Below are positions 25,275 through 37,140 of a DNA stretch of 64,000 nt, piece by piece. The notes under the pieces are model-generated. The model made no database searches and had not been told where the DNA came from. It worked only from the letters and a program-made list of their open reading frames with translations. The stretch's first letter is position 1. Each line of letters starts with the position of its first letter. Position numbers and translations under genes: made by a program. The stretch spans positions 601,655 to 665,654 of the forward strand of contig NMRA01000106.1 in the NCBI GenBank assembly GCA_002633005.1. The letters run 5' to 3'. Origin of the DNA: Phoronis australis (lineage: Eukaryota > Animalia > Phoronida).

Positions 25275-25999
25275 CGGGTGAGAAACAACATGACCACCGG
25301 TCCTCCAAAATATGACCGATACCACAAAACAGGACCTACGCGAATGAAATGGGACCGTCGCACCAGAAAATGGGACCGACATACCTAAAAACATGACCGC
25401 CCCATCAAAAAGCAGGACTGCCGGAGACTCACCGCCGGCCGGGGATTGGAACTTGTACCCAACGACAACCAGGCTAAGTTTTATGACCGATCAAACTGAC
25501 AGTGTAGGCCTACACAGATCATACAACGGGGCTGTAAACGTATGCAAGTCTCTTACGCTGATTAATTCACTGAAATCTTTTTTGCGCTACCAGATACTTC
25601 GCTTTGTAAAACGCCGCGTTTTTGACCTTTACTTCACCTTCGGTACGTGACTTTAAGGTCAGCATTTAAAATTAATGAATCTAAGCAAAAACCAACCATG
25701 TCGCACACTTTTGAGCCAAATAAACGCCAATCTTATACACTGCATATGTTTTTGAACAAAATGAAACTCATTTTCTCCAATTTACGTTTTAGTCAAGTCA
25801 TAAATGGGCGCTCTGGTTCTCGGGTAAAGTACTATATCCATTACTAGCCTTGGTGCGGCAAAGCTGTATACTAAAATATACAGCTTTACGTCACTGTGGG
25901 TAAAAAAAAACTGAACTGGTCTGATTTGGAGGATCGGCGATCATGTTTTGGGTCCGGCGGTCATGTTTTGGGTCTGGCGGTCATGTCGTTTCTCACTCG
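25275..25999. mobile_element. MITE with terminal inverted repeats (hAT-like), about 90 bp from the copy C exon 1 donor
   Basis: TIRs cgggtgagaaacaacatgacc / ggtcatgtcgtttctcactcg, with subterminal aaaacatgaccg repeats. Degenerate 8-bp TSD (cgcattca / gacattta) versus the single empty-site cacattta in copy A. Confidence 0.7.
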
Positions 26000-26092
26000 G
26001 ACATTTAAAATGGCGACTTTGTGAATAAGTATACGTCAAAAGGACTTGGGGCGTGGTCCTAAAGTGTTCACTGATTACAAGCAACAACCAAC

Positions 26093-26231
26093 CTTTTTGT
26101 AGGAATTCAGCACACTCGATGTCTTCTACAACTAAATTAACATCGTTCTCACTTTTCCTCAATGCGTCTTGGATCACACCTTTGTTGGCAAACACCAGTT
26201 CTTGGCCGCATACTTGAATACGTTCAGACAT
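26093..26231 (-). CDS. EcKL copy C, exon 1
   Basis: MSERIQVCGQELVFANKGVIQDALRKSENDVNLVVEDIECAEFLQK-G, 139 nt, phase-1 donor G|gttggt. Completes the split Gly of GDN in exon 2. Confidence 0.85.
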
Positions 26232-26871
26232 TTTAATTAAGAAATGTAATCAATTCACCAAAGGCGCATGCCCATTAACACTTACCGTGTTCCATGTATT
26301 TAACGCCTAGACAGTAAAAAATACCACACTAGCATTGTGAGTTCCAATGGCAGAAATTCACTTGATCTTAAGCGAATCGATATTTAGGGAAAAACAGCAA
26401 GCACACAGCGGGGTTATCATAATGGCCTAGATGAACCGTTAACACTATTAGGATGAACCTGTGCTAGTCCACAAAATAAATGAGTTATTTTATGTCCATT
26501 GTCGGTTAACCTAGCCATCGGAAAGAGCAGGTCTTTAATAATCGTCTGTCTTGAGTCTATGAGGCGTGCGACCAAAGTTTCCAACTGCTACAACCTTAAA
26601 ACTGGTATGCCGCCGCTTCATTTTTGGCAATGGTTCAATGCCCGGGCAGATCTGGCCAATGACAAACGATCAACAAATACAATATTTGTGTATTCAATAG
26701 CTCAAAGTATGTAACTGAAAATCTACTGTGAATAGAAAAACTGCGACAAATTCATTTGGCAAAGGCATCCCAGATCACGTGAATGTTATTCTCGGGGTTA
26801 AATGCGTGAAATGTGGTACATGTAAATGGGTCATTCTGAACTGACCTGCAACCATTGCAACTCGTTTTAAA
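26232..26871. promoter_or_regulatory. Putative bidirectional promoter region between EcKL C and D
   Basis: 640 bp separate two divergent ATGs of paralogous genes. No specific core promoter element identified; upstream non-coding exons cannot be excluded. Confidence 0.5.
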
Positions 26872-27010
26872 ATGTCTGAACGTATTCAAGTATGCGGCCA
26901 AGAATTGGTGTTTGCCAACAAAGGTGTGATCCAAGACGCATTGAGGAGAAGTGAGAACGATGTTAATTTAGTTGTAGAAGACATCGCGTGTGCTGAATTC
27001 CTACAGAACG
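26872..27010 (+). CDS. EcKL copy D, exon 1
   Basis: MSERIQVCGQELVFANKGVIQDALRRSENDVNLVVEDIACAEFLQN-G, 139 nt, donor G|gttggt at 27011. Confidence 0.85.
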
Positions 27011-28059
27011 GTTGGTTGTTGCGAATAATCGTTGAAATAATATTGAGATTTGGCCTTCCAAAACATCAACGAGGCCATACGTTTAAGAGGTTACCGTACA
27101 CTATATCGGAAAGGGCTTCTCTTCGCCTTTACATTTATTTAATCTCCTGTCCCTAACCCCCGTGTGTATATATGTGTGTGTGCGTGTGTATGCGCAAATT
27201 GTAATTAACTCAATTACTGGCGATACCTGGATAACTCGCAAAGCTCAGTTACTTGGTTTATCAACTTAGATCGGTAATAAATTTACTGCTTACTTCACCT
27301 CTATCTTATTTGAAGGTCACTGACCTGCCCTTCTTCACGGGCGGATTTAGTTGTCGTTACGACAATTTTCGATGAAAAAATATTCGCGTAAGCCCTAAAA
27401 AGGGCATGTCGACGGCGTTTGTTTTTGGTCGTGCCCTTAGGTGGTCACGTGCACCTCTAAATGAGCATGCACATCGAAAATGGTATATCAACTAATAGTA
27501 ATTAATTTAGACAAGTCGGTCCAAAACTTATATTTCCACTGCAGTCACTAGCGGGGTGGAAGGGAAGGGCTTAAGCCCCCTCACAGAGGAGGCACAACCA
27601 AAAGCGAAACACCGCTACCAAAACGGTGGCCCTGATTGAATAGATCCATATCTGAGCTGTTGGTTTCTATGAATTATGAGAGACCCATATCATCGCCCTG
27701 GAGTAACGAAATTCAAAGATTGGTTATTTCTCCTCTACAAGACTCGTTTGGCGCTTCTTCCCATTATATGAATGACCTGCTTTTCTATGATGGTATAGAA
27801 TGGTTTTGAGACGCATTTCATATGGTTGTATAGACTAATTACACATTTTTTTGGACATTACACACATGTTTCGCTTGCTGTCCAAAATTCACTTGTGGCG
27901 GCAGGCGCGTGTTCCGGAGGCATCGCCTGCAGCTACAAATGAAGATTGGACTATGCGTGTTTGGAAACATTTTGTGTAATAATAAAAATGCATTAGTTAT
28001 TCTAAAAATAATTTAAATCGTAACAATATCTTTGAAGCTACTTTCTGGACTCTTTTCAG

Positions 28060-29210
28060 GTGACAATGCCTTGAGCAACCTTCTTGCCATCAAAGTTGAT
28101 ACGAAATCTCAAGGAAACAGGCAGGTCCATCAACTTATTGCAAAGATTGATTTCCCGTATCATTCAGAGTTTGGGAAAATGACAAGAAAGGCTTCGTTTT
28201 TTTCCAAGGATATTCAAACTTATCAAGAACTTTTCCCAGCAATGAAACGCTACGAAGAAATGAATGCTTCGCAGCCATTGAATTTGGCTGTTCCACATTA
28301 CGTAACCGGTTGTCTCCAAGACAACGAATATCCGCCATTTCTAATAATGCATGACCTCAGGTCAGAGGGATTCAAGATGGCCAATATACGTAAAGGCCTT
28401 GACTTTGACCACTGTGCTCTAGCAGTAACAGAATTTGCAAAGTTCCATGCTCTTGGTCTTGCTCTGAAATCAACTCCGGAGTTTAAGGAACATTTTCCGT
28501 TTGCTTTGGAGGAAAATGTTCACACTGAAAACATGAATACTTGGTTTGGAGAGCTGTACCTAGTTTCCGTTCTGACTGCTCTTGACTTGGCAGTAGACAA
28601 ATCTCAGAGTAAAGCTGTTCGCGAAAAAGCAGCAGAATTTCGACCCAAGTCCACTGAGGAGGTGCTGAACTTCTTTCAACAGCGGTTGGTTATTGAAGAG
28701 CCCTATGCAACAATATGTTTAAGAGATTCAATGTGTCGTAACCTCATGTTTAGGTATGATACTGTCAACGGAGAGACAAAACCGGTCAGTGTTAAATGCT
28801 TGGACTTTCAAATGATATCCTATCAGATGCCTGCTAAAGACTTGGTCAACTTTTTGTACACCAGCACATTTCGTCAAACAAGGAAAAGTCATATGAACAA
28901 GTTGCTTCGACTGTACTATGATAGCTTCACGTTTTTTGTAAAGCAACTGAATTTTGAGTTTCCGCTTTACACTTATGAACAGTTTAAGAATCACTTTCAT
29001 GAAGCTCGTCTATACGGCATTATGTTCGCCATGTACTTGATTCCTTTTCTAGTAATCGATCCCAAAGATGTCCCAACTTTCGCAGATTTGGACGGAGCTC
29101 CCACCAGAGAGATTTTGGTTCAAAAAATCAAACAAGCGGTTGAAAGGGTAGGTCAGTCAGAGCGAGTTGGTGAGCTCTTTATTGAGGCTTGCGAAGACGA
29201 GCTTTTGTAA
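28060..29210 (+). CDS. EcKL copy D, exon 2 (gene 26872->29210, 429 aa)
   Basis: Acceptor ctcttttcag|GTGACAAT at 28059/28060. LIAKI, FFSKDIQTY, CLRDSMCRNLMF and LDFQ are present. Spliced CDS is 1290 nt, the same length as copy C. Confidence 0.9.
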
Positions 29211-29764
29211 GGAAACGTGAGTGCTTGACGTACATCACTGAACTGAAATATATACACGTGGAGATCGCGCTTTGGTCGAGGTCACAAAATGGCTCCTAGT
29301 GTTCAGTATAGGCCTACGGGCCAGGGCTCAGGAAAATCTCCAGTCTTGGAGGACTTAGATTCATAGGGTTGATCCCGTAATACTAGCAACCATGGAGATT
29401 ACCATGTCATCAGATGAGTTTTGTAGAAAGACGTTATTATACGGCGTGATGAGATACCATAATACTAAGCCGCACCAAGCGTACTGTGAAGAAATTACCA
29501 TGTTAGCAGGACGTTTATATAAAGGCACTATTATACGTTCGTTATAAGTTACCGTATAATAACTGCTGCTGTGAAAATTACTATGTTCGCAGTAGATATG
29601 TTATGGACTTTTAATTAAAATTATATGGAGTGGTGAGATACCATAATAACAACAAACGCGAAAATTACGGGCATGAGTTGTTCGAAATTCCAGAATGGCG
29701 GACCTTTGATATCTTGCAAACGTCAAAACTGTAGAGTTTTTGTTAAGAACCTTCATGAAACATA

Positions 29765-30655
29765 ATTACGGGGAAGGGAAATCTGTATACACGACGATGA
29801 CTCTCATCTCTATATTCCTGAGGTGAGACGAAATTCGTAATACGATGCCGTGACGGTTGCTCTCAAATTCGGATGTAGTGTGGTCCAGGCGTAAAGAGTG
29901 ATCCTGTAAATGACTAGATTCCGTTTTTAGACGTGCTTGTGAACCATTCTTCATTTGAATTGTCTATATCAGTTTATCACAAGCCTAGATAAAAGTTTCT
30001 GTCTTCTCGCCAAAAGCGAATGCCCCGGCTGAGCGGCAGGTCGCCGCTGTGGTCCACTTCCTAAAGAGGGCGTATTTGGTGTCGTCTAACTGGCTATTGT
30101 TCAATCAAAAGGTAAATCGTATAAGACAAACCCTGGTGACCAATTATTACCTACAGGATGAAAATGCCATTAAGAAAATTATTAGGTGTAATGTTAAAGT
30201 TTGTAAGTCCGATGATTACCTCGATGTTATTATAATTTACTATCGGAATAGGAAGTCCTCCAACTTGGTCATGAAAAATAACATTACTAAAGCGAAAGTC
30301 CGCCCCTACAATTGCCCAGTGTAGTGTTGTTTATGATTTAGTATGCCATATGACCATGCCTTTGTTCAACTGTCAAGCAATGTAACATTGGTCAAACGGT
30401 TTGCAACGTCTTTCCCGTCGGTTATCTTGCATCTTCAAAATGGCGCCATCCAAGAACATTTTCTGCAATGTCAGTCACGAAAACGTAAAATCACCCGTCA
30501 AGAAATCGTGGAAAGCACTTCAATTCGGTACATAGAGCACGATGTACTGTGATTGAAAATGTTGGAGTCCTTTTGATTGCATTTGAGAAGCCTGTTGTGA
30601 ATGAACAGCAAACAGAGTCATGCCGCAAGTTACACTTGTTTGCGTGACTTTCCTG
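29765..30655 (+). mobile_element. Degenerate Penelope-like retroelement (first haplotype-like copy)
   Basis: IPFLDV, KRAYLVSSNWLLFNQKVNRIRQ, YYRNRKSSNLVMKNN, HLQNGAIQEHF..RKITRQEIVEST. Confidence 0.75.
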
Positions 30656-30656
30656 N

Positions 30657-32301
30657 GCCATGTACTTGATTCCTTTTCTAGTAATCGATCCCAAAGATGT
30701 CCCAACTTTCGCAGATTTGGACGGAGCTCCCACCAGAGAGATTTTGGTTCAAAAAATCAAACAAGCGGTTGAAAGGGTAGGTCAGTCAGAGCGAGTTGGT
30801 GAGCTTTTTATTGAGGCTTGCGAAGACGAGCTTTTGTAAGGAAACGTGAGTGCTTGACGTACATCACTGAACTGGAATACATACACGTGGAGATCGCGCT
30901 TTGGTCGAGGTCACAGAATGGCTTCTAGTGTTCAGTATAGGCCTACTGGCCAGGGCTCAGGAAAATCTCCAGTCTTGGAGGACTTAGATTCAAAGGGTTG
31001 ATCCCGTAATACTAGCAACCATGGAGATTACCATGTCACTCAGCAGATGTGTTTTGTAGAAAGACGTTATTATACGGCGTGATGAGATACCATAATACTA
31101 AGCCGCACCAAGCGTACTGTGAAGAAATTACCATGTTAGCAGGACGTTTATATGAAGGCACTATTATACGTTCGTTATGAGTTACCGTATAATAACTGCT
31201 GCTGTGAAAATTACCATGTTCGCAGTAGATATGTTATGGACTTTCAATTAAAATTATATGGAGTGGTGAGATACCATATAACAACAAACGCGAAAATTAC
31301 GGGCATGAGTTGTTCGAATTTCCAGAATGGCGGACCTTTGATATTTTGCAAACGTCAAAACTGTAGAGTTTTTGTTAAGAACCTTCATGAAACATAATTA
31401 CGGGGAAGGGAATTCTGTAAACACGACGATGACTCTCATCTCTATATTCCTGAGGTGAGACGAAATTCGTAATACGATGCCGTGACGGTTGCTCGCAAAG
31501 ATCGGTACTCAAATTCGGATGTAGTGTTGTCCAGGCGTAAAGAGTGATCCTGTAAATGACTACTAGATTCCGTTTTTAGACGTGCTTGTGAACCATTCTT
31601 CATTTGAATTGTCTAGTCAGTTTATCACAAGCCTAGATAAAAGTTTCTGTCTTCTCGCCAAAAGCGAATGCCCCGGCTGAGCGGCAGGTCGCCGCTGTGG
31701 TCCACTTCCTAAAGAGGGCGTATTTGGTGTCGTCTAACTGGCTATTGTTCAATCAAAAGGTAAATCGTATAAGACAAACCCTGGTGACCAATTATTACCT
31801 ACAGGATAAAAATGCCATTAAGAAAATTATTAGGCGTAATGTTAAAGTTTGTAAGCCCGATGATTACCTCGATGTTATTATAATTTACTATCGGAATAGG
31901 AAGTCCTCCAACTTGGTCATGAAAAATAACATTACTAAAGCGAAAGTCCGCCCCTACAATTGCCCAGTGTAGTGTTGTTTATGATTTAGTATGCCATATG
32001 AACATGCCTTTGTTCAACTGTCAAGCAATGTAACATTGGTCAAACGGTTTGCAACGTCTTTCCCGTCGGTTATCTTGCATCTTCAAAATGGCGCCATCCA
32101 AGAACATTTTCTGCAATGTCAGTCACGAACGTAAAATCACCCGTCAAGAAATCGTGGAAAGCACTTCAATTCGGTACATAGAGCACGATGTACTGTGATT
32201 GAAAATGTTGGAGTCCTTTTGATTGCATTTGTGAAGCCTGTAGTGAATGAACAGCAAACAGAGTCATGCCGCAAGTTACACTTGTTTGCGTGACTTTCCT
32301 G
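30657..32301 (+). repeat. Near-identical repeat of 29028-30655 including the last codons of EcKL D (30657-30839); probable uncollapsed haplotype
   Basis: Begins immediately after the single n at 30656 and differs from the first copy only by scattered SNPs and small indels. Confidence 0.85.
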
Positions 32302-32630
32302 ATACCCCCCNCCCCCCCCCCCACCCACCTTCATTTGTCATTCTTTGCAATATTTTACACCTGCCGTGTCCCGCTGTATATGTCTCCAGCTTATGCTCTG
32401 TGGGGGTATTACTGCGTTATTTTATTCCCACTTGTGAATGAAACAGAAGTATCGTGTGTTTTTTATCATGTCTCTTGGTCAGTTCTTTCACCAATGGTTT
32501 GTTCAGTGTTGAACTTTGTTCCGAGGATTTTAACGGAACGGAATAAGAAGATTGTTAACAACGACAAGTGTCGTTTATTTAATCAATTTTGCATATGGGA
32601 AAACTTGCTCCCAATGTACAGCCTATTTTC
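31400..32630 (+). mobile_element. Degenerate Penelope-like retroelement including pLTR and start of the next ORF
   Basis: Same motifs as 29765-30655, followed by a Penelope-type N-terminus (RILTERNKKIVNNDKCRLFNQFCIWENLLPMY). Confidence 0.7.
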
Positions 32631-34312
32631 AACAACAAAATTTTTTTTTTTTGAAATTTTATAAGCATCTAACGATTGGGAATGTACATTGTTATACGGA
32701 GTGGTGAGAAACCAACAGCAGTCGTGAAAATTACCATGTTACCAGGAGATATGTCTGGTAGTTTAACTTCATTGTTACATCATGACATATTAAGCCCATA
32801 ACCGTAAACATCTTCAAGTATAGTTTGGTTTATTTGAACGATTTTGACGTTAGCGATATTACATTTTATGGTAATCAATAATTTTAGATTTGTCAGGCAT
32901 GCCTTAGCTGGCAATCACAAGACGACAACGGAAGCAGACCCAATGGCGTCCGTCATTTTTACTTGTCACAAGGAAGTGAAGAAATGCCGGGAAAGACGAA
33001 GCAGAGTCAGCATCTGAAACTAACCTTGTCGCGTGCCATGAGGAAGGTCACAAAGTATCCCATAACAAGCTAGATTGTCTTTATCAAAGGATAAGTCTGT
33101 GGGCGCCCAGCCGACCAATAGCAATAGTTTTTAGTGAAGCATTTAGCTGAATAATACCCAGCCTCGCAAATCAGATGCTTTGACTCCGACAAAGGTTCGC
33201 TTTGTTGGAGGAGGAAGCGCCTAGGTGGCGCTGTGTCAGAGAGTAGAGGAAGCGCTCGCCCTCCTCTTTTTCCACGCCTATGAATTGACAGGAAAATTAG
33301 GCTCACTTTTGTTTCGGAAACTTCATCGCTTACCTGATCCTCAAATCTAAAGATATTTTCCTGCGAAACAGTCAAACGCGTACGTATGTGCGAACGTAAA
33401 CTTTATCATCGAAGCTGAGACTGTCAACTTTTCCCTTCTCCTCTAATTATCTTGGTTGTAATTCCTTATTTTCAGTTCAAAACCAAGGCAACAATTTTGG
33501 TAGTCAAGTTCTGTGAGAGAGTATTTAGATTTTTGACTGTTTAAATTTTTTGTGCCACCCTTCACTGACATTTTTGTGAACAAAATTAGAATTGACTAGG
33601 AAACTTGGAAAATTTACTTTTTTGACCCCATCTCTGAAAATCACCGACCAGAGCTCAGAACACTTAAAAGAAAGTATAGTAATCAAGATCTTCCAAAAGT
33701 CTTAAACCACAAATTGTCCACCTGTACACGAAGAAAAAACTTTGTCAAAACGAACAAGAGGCAAGTAGCCATATTGGTATTGGCCCAGGATCCGCGTCCA
33801 GGCTACACTGAGAATTTAAGAAAAAAGCCCATAGTGTATGTGTACACAAATAGATAAGTTAGCTACTTTATAATAGAACTTGCAGTGCAGTATCTTTTTA
33901 TCACCTTCAGTGAAACTGGAGCATTAGATGAAGACTTGCAGTGAATGTTGACCCAAAGTACCACGTGATGCAAAGCGATAAACGTGTAGAGTTCATGATT
34001 TCACGATAATGGCAATGCGCTTGATTTTTTTTCTCAGCTATGTATCAATGTTACAGAAATCCCAGGATTTGAAATCTAACATAAATGCACTTCAAATCTC
34101 AAGCTGTGTCGGGGTCTTTATCGAAGTTTACAACTTTTTGTTAAAGCAAAATTATGACTGAATATTACATTGATGCCGACACTTTATTCATTGATTATTT
34201 AAAGCTTACCATAAAAGTTTTTGAGAACAAATAAACGTATATTGTGGTAAAAGGATTAAGAAACAAATATCACATTAAAAAATCTAAAATAAACGACTAA
34301 AACAATTATAGC

Positions 34313-37140
34313 TTTTTATGCGGCCACATATTTATGTGTGGATGCATTATACCGTCATCCCTGTCCGTCCGTCCGTCCGTCCGAGCGGCGTCCGTCCGGT
34401 GTCCGGCGTCCGCTGCTCTATCTCCAAAACCGATTGAGGTATGTTCCTTTCATGGATGGGACCAATGAAATAAATATAACTAGAGTTGAAGTCACGTGGT
34501 TTTCTTTGAGCGGAGTGGACCGCCATCTTGCTGATGAACCATGTAAGTGGAGATGCGTGTGTACTGTGTAGTATCTGGGAACCAATATTGGTAACAACAC
34601 GTGATTTCAAGTAAAAACTCATAGCTTTTATGTTAGTATCATCAAAAGCAAACTAGGATTTTTTGAAAATCATCCAAGAAAATCATTGCATGCTTGAGTA
34701 CATAATTAAAGGGTCTTTAGATATAGCAGAAAACATAAAAAACAAAACATAATGTTTGATTTTTAGTATAAAGATTAGACCCAGAATCAATGATATAATT
34801 TTTTTCTATCGAGGTTTAAAAATTGAAACTGAAATGAAATGAAACAATATTGTTCAACTTAGTTTGGTCCCTAGAACACCCACTTAAGTCGATGTTTCAT
34901 GGTCTTTTACTTGACTTTCCTTCTTAATCCGATACGTCTTTAAGGGTTTAGTGACCAAGATTTCTGAGTCTAGCAACGAAGAAACACAAAAAGTTACTAC
35001 AAGATTAATAGTTGTGCATTTTTACAGAGTGGACACCAATTCGAAGATTTATTAATATAGCCAAGTTACTAAGAATAGAATAGAACAGGATCGAAGGAAG
35101 GGATGCCCCAAGAATGCTACACTCCACAATGTTTTATTGAGACGGTAGATGGGTTGTTTCTGTAGATTTCAAGAGATGGGAAAATGTTCTGTAGCCTGGC
35201 AAGCTATTAAAATCTTCAACTGTCTTACTTGAGGAAAACCATCATTTTTATATTGTGTCCTGTTTATGGTCTTCCGATACTTACAGTGTATTATTCCTGG
35301 GTATGTAGGACAGGGCAGTTAGAGTTTAGGACCATTGAGTTTTGTCATATTTATTTTATGGCGGAGTGTTGTCAATACAAATGCACCTAGTAACATATTT
35401 GTGTGCCAGTAAATTTCGGATCCAACTGAATTGAGGGATTAAATTAGAGTTGGTGGAAATCTGACTTTTGCTGAAGTGGAGTGCATGTACCAGTACGGTA
35501 CAGTAACTTTGTACCAGCCAGACATTTTCATTTTACTGTCACGGTGTAATTTTACTGCTTGATGGTGATATTTTGAAACAAATATATTTTGTAATAAATG
35601 AAAACCTTATTGTCTGAAATGGTTACAATATCCCAGTGTGTTGTTTCTGTATCAGCATTTTGTAGTCCTGTTTGAACTGTGAGACCATGTCGTTTCAAAC
35701 TGTACAAATTACCAGTTCACCACGCTAATATAAATTAGGTACTAGGACAAGTAATACTAGATAGTTAAAGAAAAGTAGCGAATCACTGAAGTAATTTTCC
35801 TTGAGACACCTTAGCACGCCTTACGTTTTATTTTCTGAAAAAACGTCAGCATATTAATGTAATTATTATTCCTTGGTATAAGATGAAGTGGACAATTCCA
35901 GTCACCTTTCGCAGGCCCGTAGCCGGGGGGGGGGGGTTCGGGGGGTTCGAGCATAGCATGGATAAAGTGCAAGCGTTTTCAAATTTCGAATTGAAAGTGA
36001 TCGTCAAATATCTTGTTCATGAAGTGTCCATTTTGATTGTGGATTGGTGGATTGACATGCATGCGTGTACATATTTACTGTTTTTGAGTCTTTTTTGGCG
36101 TCCACCCCTCTATCAACCAAACCGCTTTCAGGGTAATTGTGAAAATTGGCATGTGTGTTTTTACTATGAAGTGGACAGGTGACGATGATTTTCTGATGAC
36201 TTCGACTACTGTGGCGCCTCCTAGTGGCAGTTTCGTTTTTTTTCCCCAATGGCTGTATCTCCTAAACTGTTCGCAGGATCTTTACTAAATTTAACAAGTC
36301 TGTTTATGTGATGTTGACAACGGACGACGATGATTTTCGAATGCATCTGACTACTGGTGTGCCCCCTGCTGGCAATTTTAGTTTTACGTCAGTACTTCAG
36401 TATCTTCAAAGGTCTCAACGGATTTTCATAAAATTTTGAATATGGGCATCTATTGGTGAGATGACGCTATCCTCCCATTTTCCGATGGAATCAAGGTATT
36501 TTGCGCCACCTAGTGGCCATTTTTGCTGTTTTCGAGTCTGTTTATTGGCGTCTATCCCGCTATCAACCAAATCATTCTGCGGATAATTTTGAAAATTGGT
36601 GTATATGTTTTCCGTGTGAAGAGGACGGTTGAAGATGACAACTTTGACTACTGTGGCGCCTCCTAGTGGTAGTTTTGTTTTATTTTGTTTTGCGCCCATA
36701 GCTGTATCTCCTGAACCCACTGTAGGATCTTTATTAGATTTAATTAGTAAGTGTATTTATATGAAGCTAAAAACAGACAATGACGACTTTCAGGCGGATC
36801 CAATGAGCAGTGTGCCTCCTAGTGGCAATTTCATGTTATTCTGTTTTACGTTGTTTCTCTGAAGTTTCGTGACGGATTTCTATGAAATTTGGTGTATTTC
36901 TTTCTATTAAAGAAACAATGTCTTGTTCCCGTTTTTGGATGGATTGTACGTTTATGCGCCATCTAGTGGCCATTTTTATGACACAAATAAACAACCCTAA
37001 AAGCACACCAATTGCAATGCATTCGTGAGCGCATTTTTCAAGTTTTGAGTGATGTCTGATCAGTTTATGTAATGAAATTTGAACATATTTCATGAGGAAC
37101 ATGGAAGAACGATCAATTTCAACCTTCACTAAGTTGCTCG
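34313..37140 (+). mobile_element. Second Helentron/HINE-like element, interrupted by other sequence at about 34630-35960
   Basis: 5' end tttttatgcggccac...gtggatgcatta followed by (GTCC)n. About 145-155-bp subrepeats at 36000-36980 are homologous, in inverted orientation, to 22530-23530. 3' end cattcgtgagcgcattt...gttgctcgt resembles the end of the 22455 element. Confidence 0.6.

Noticed and set aside
28032-28059. ORF-track N-terminus MKLLSGLFS for copy D (and the TTG starts given for A and C)
   Set aside because: This is intron polypyrimidine tract or an internal codon; the true starts are the ATGs in the 139-nt first exons.
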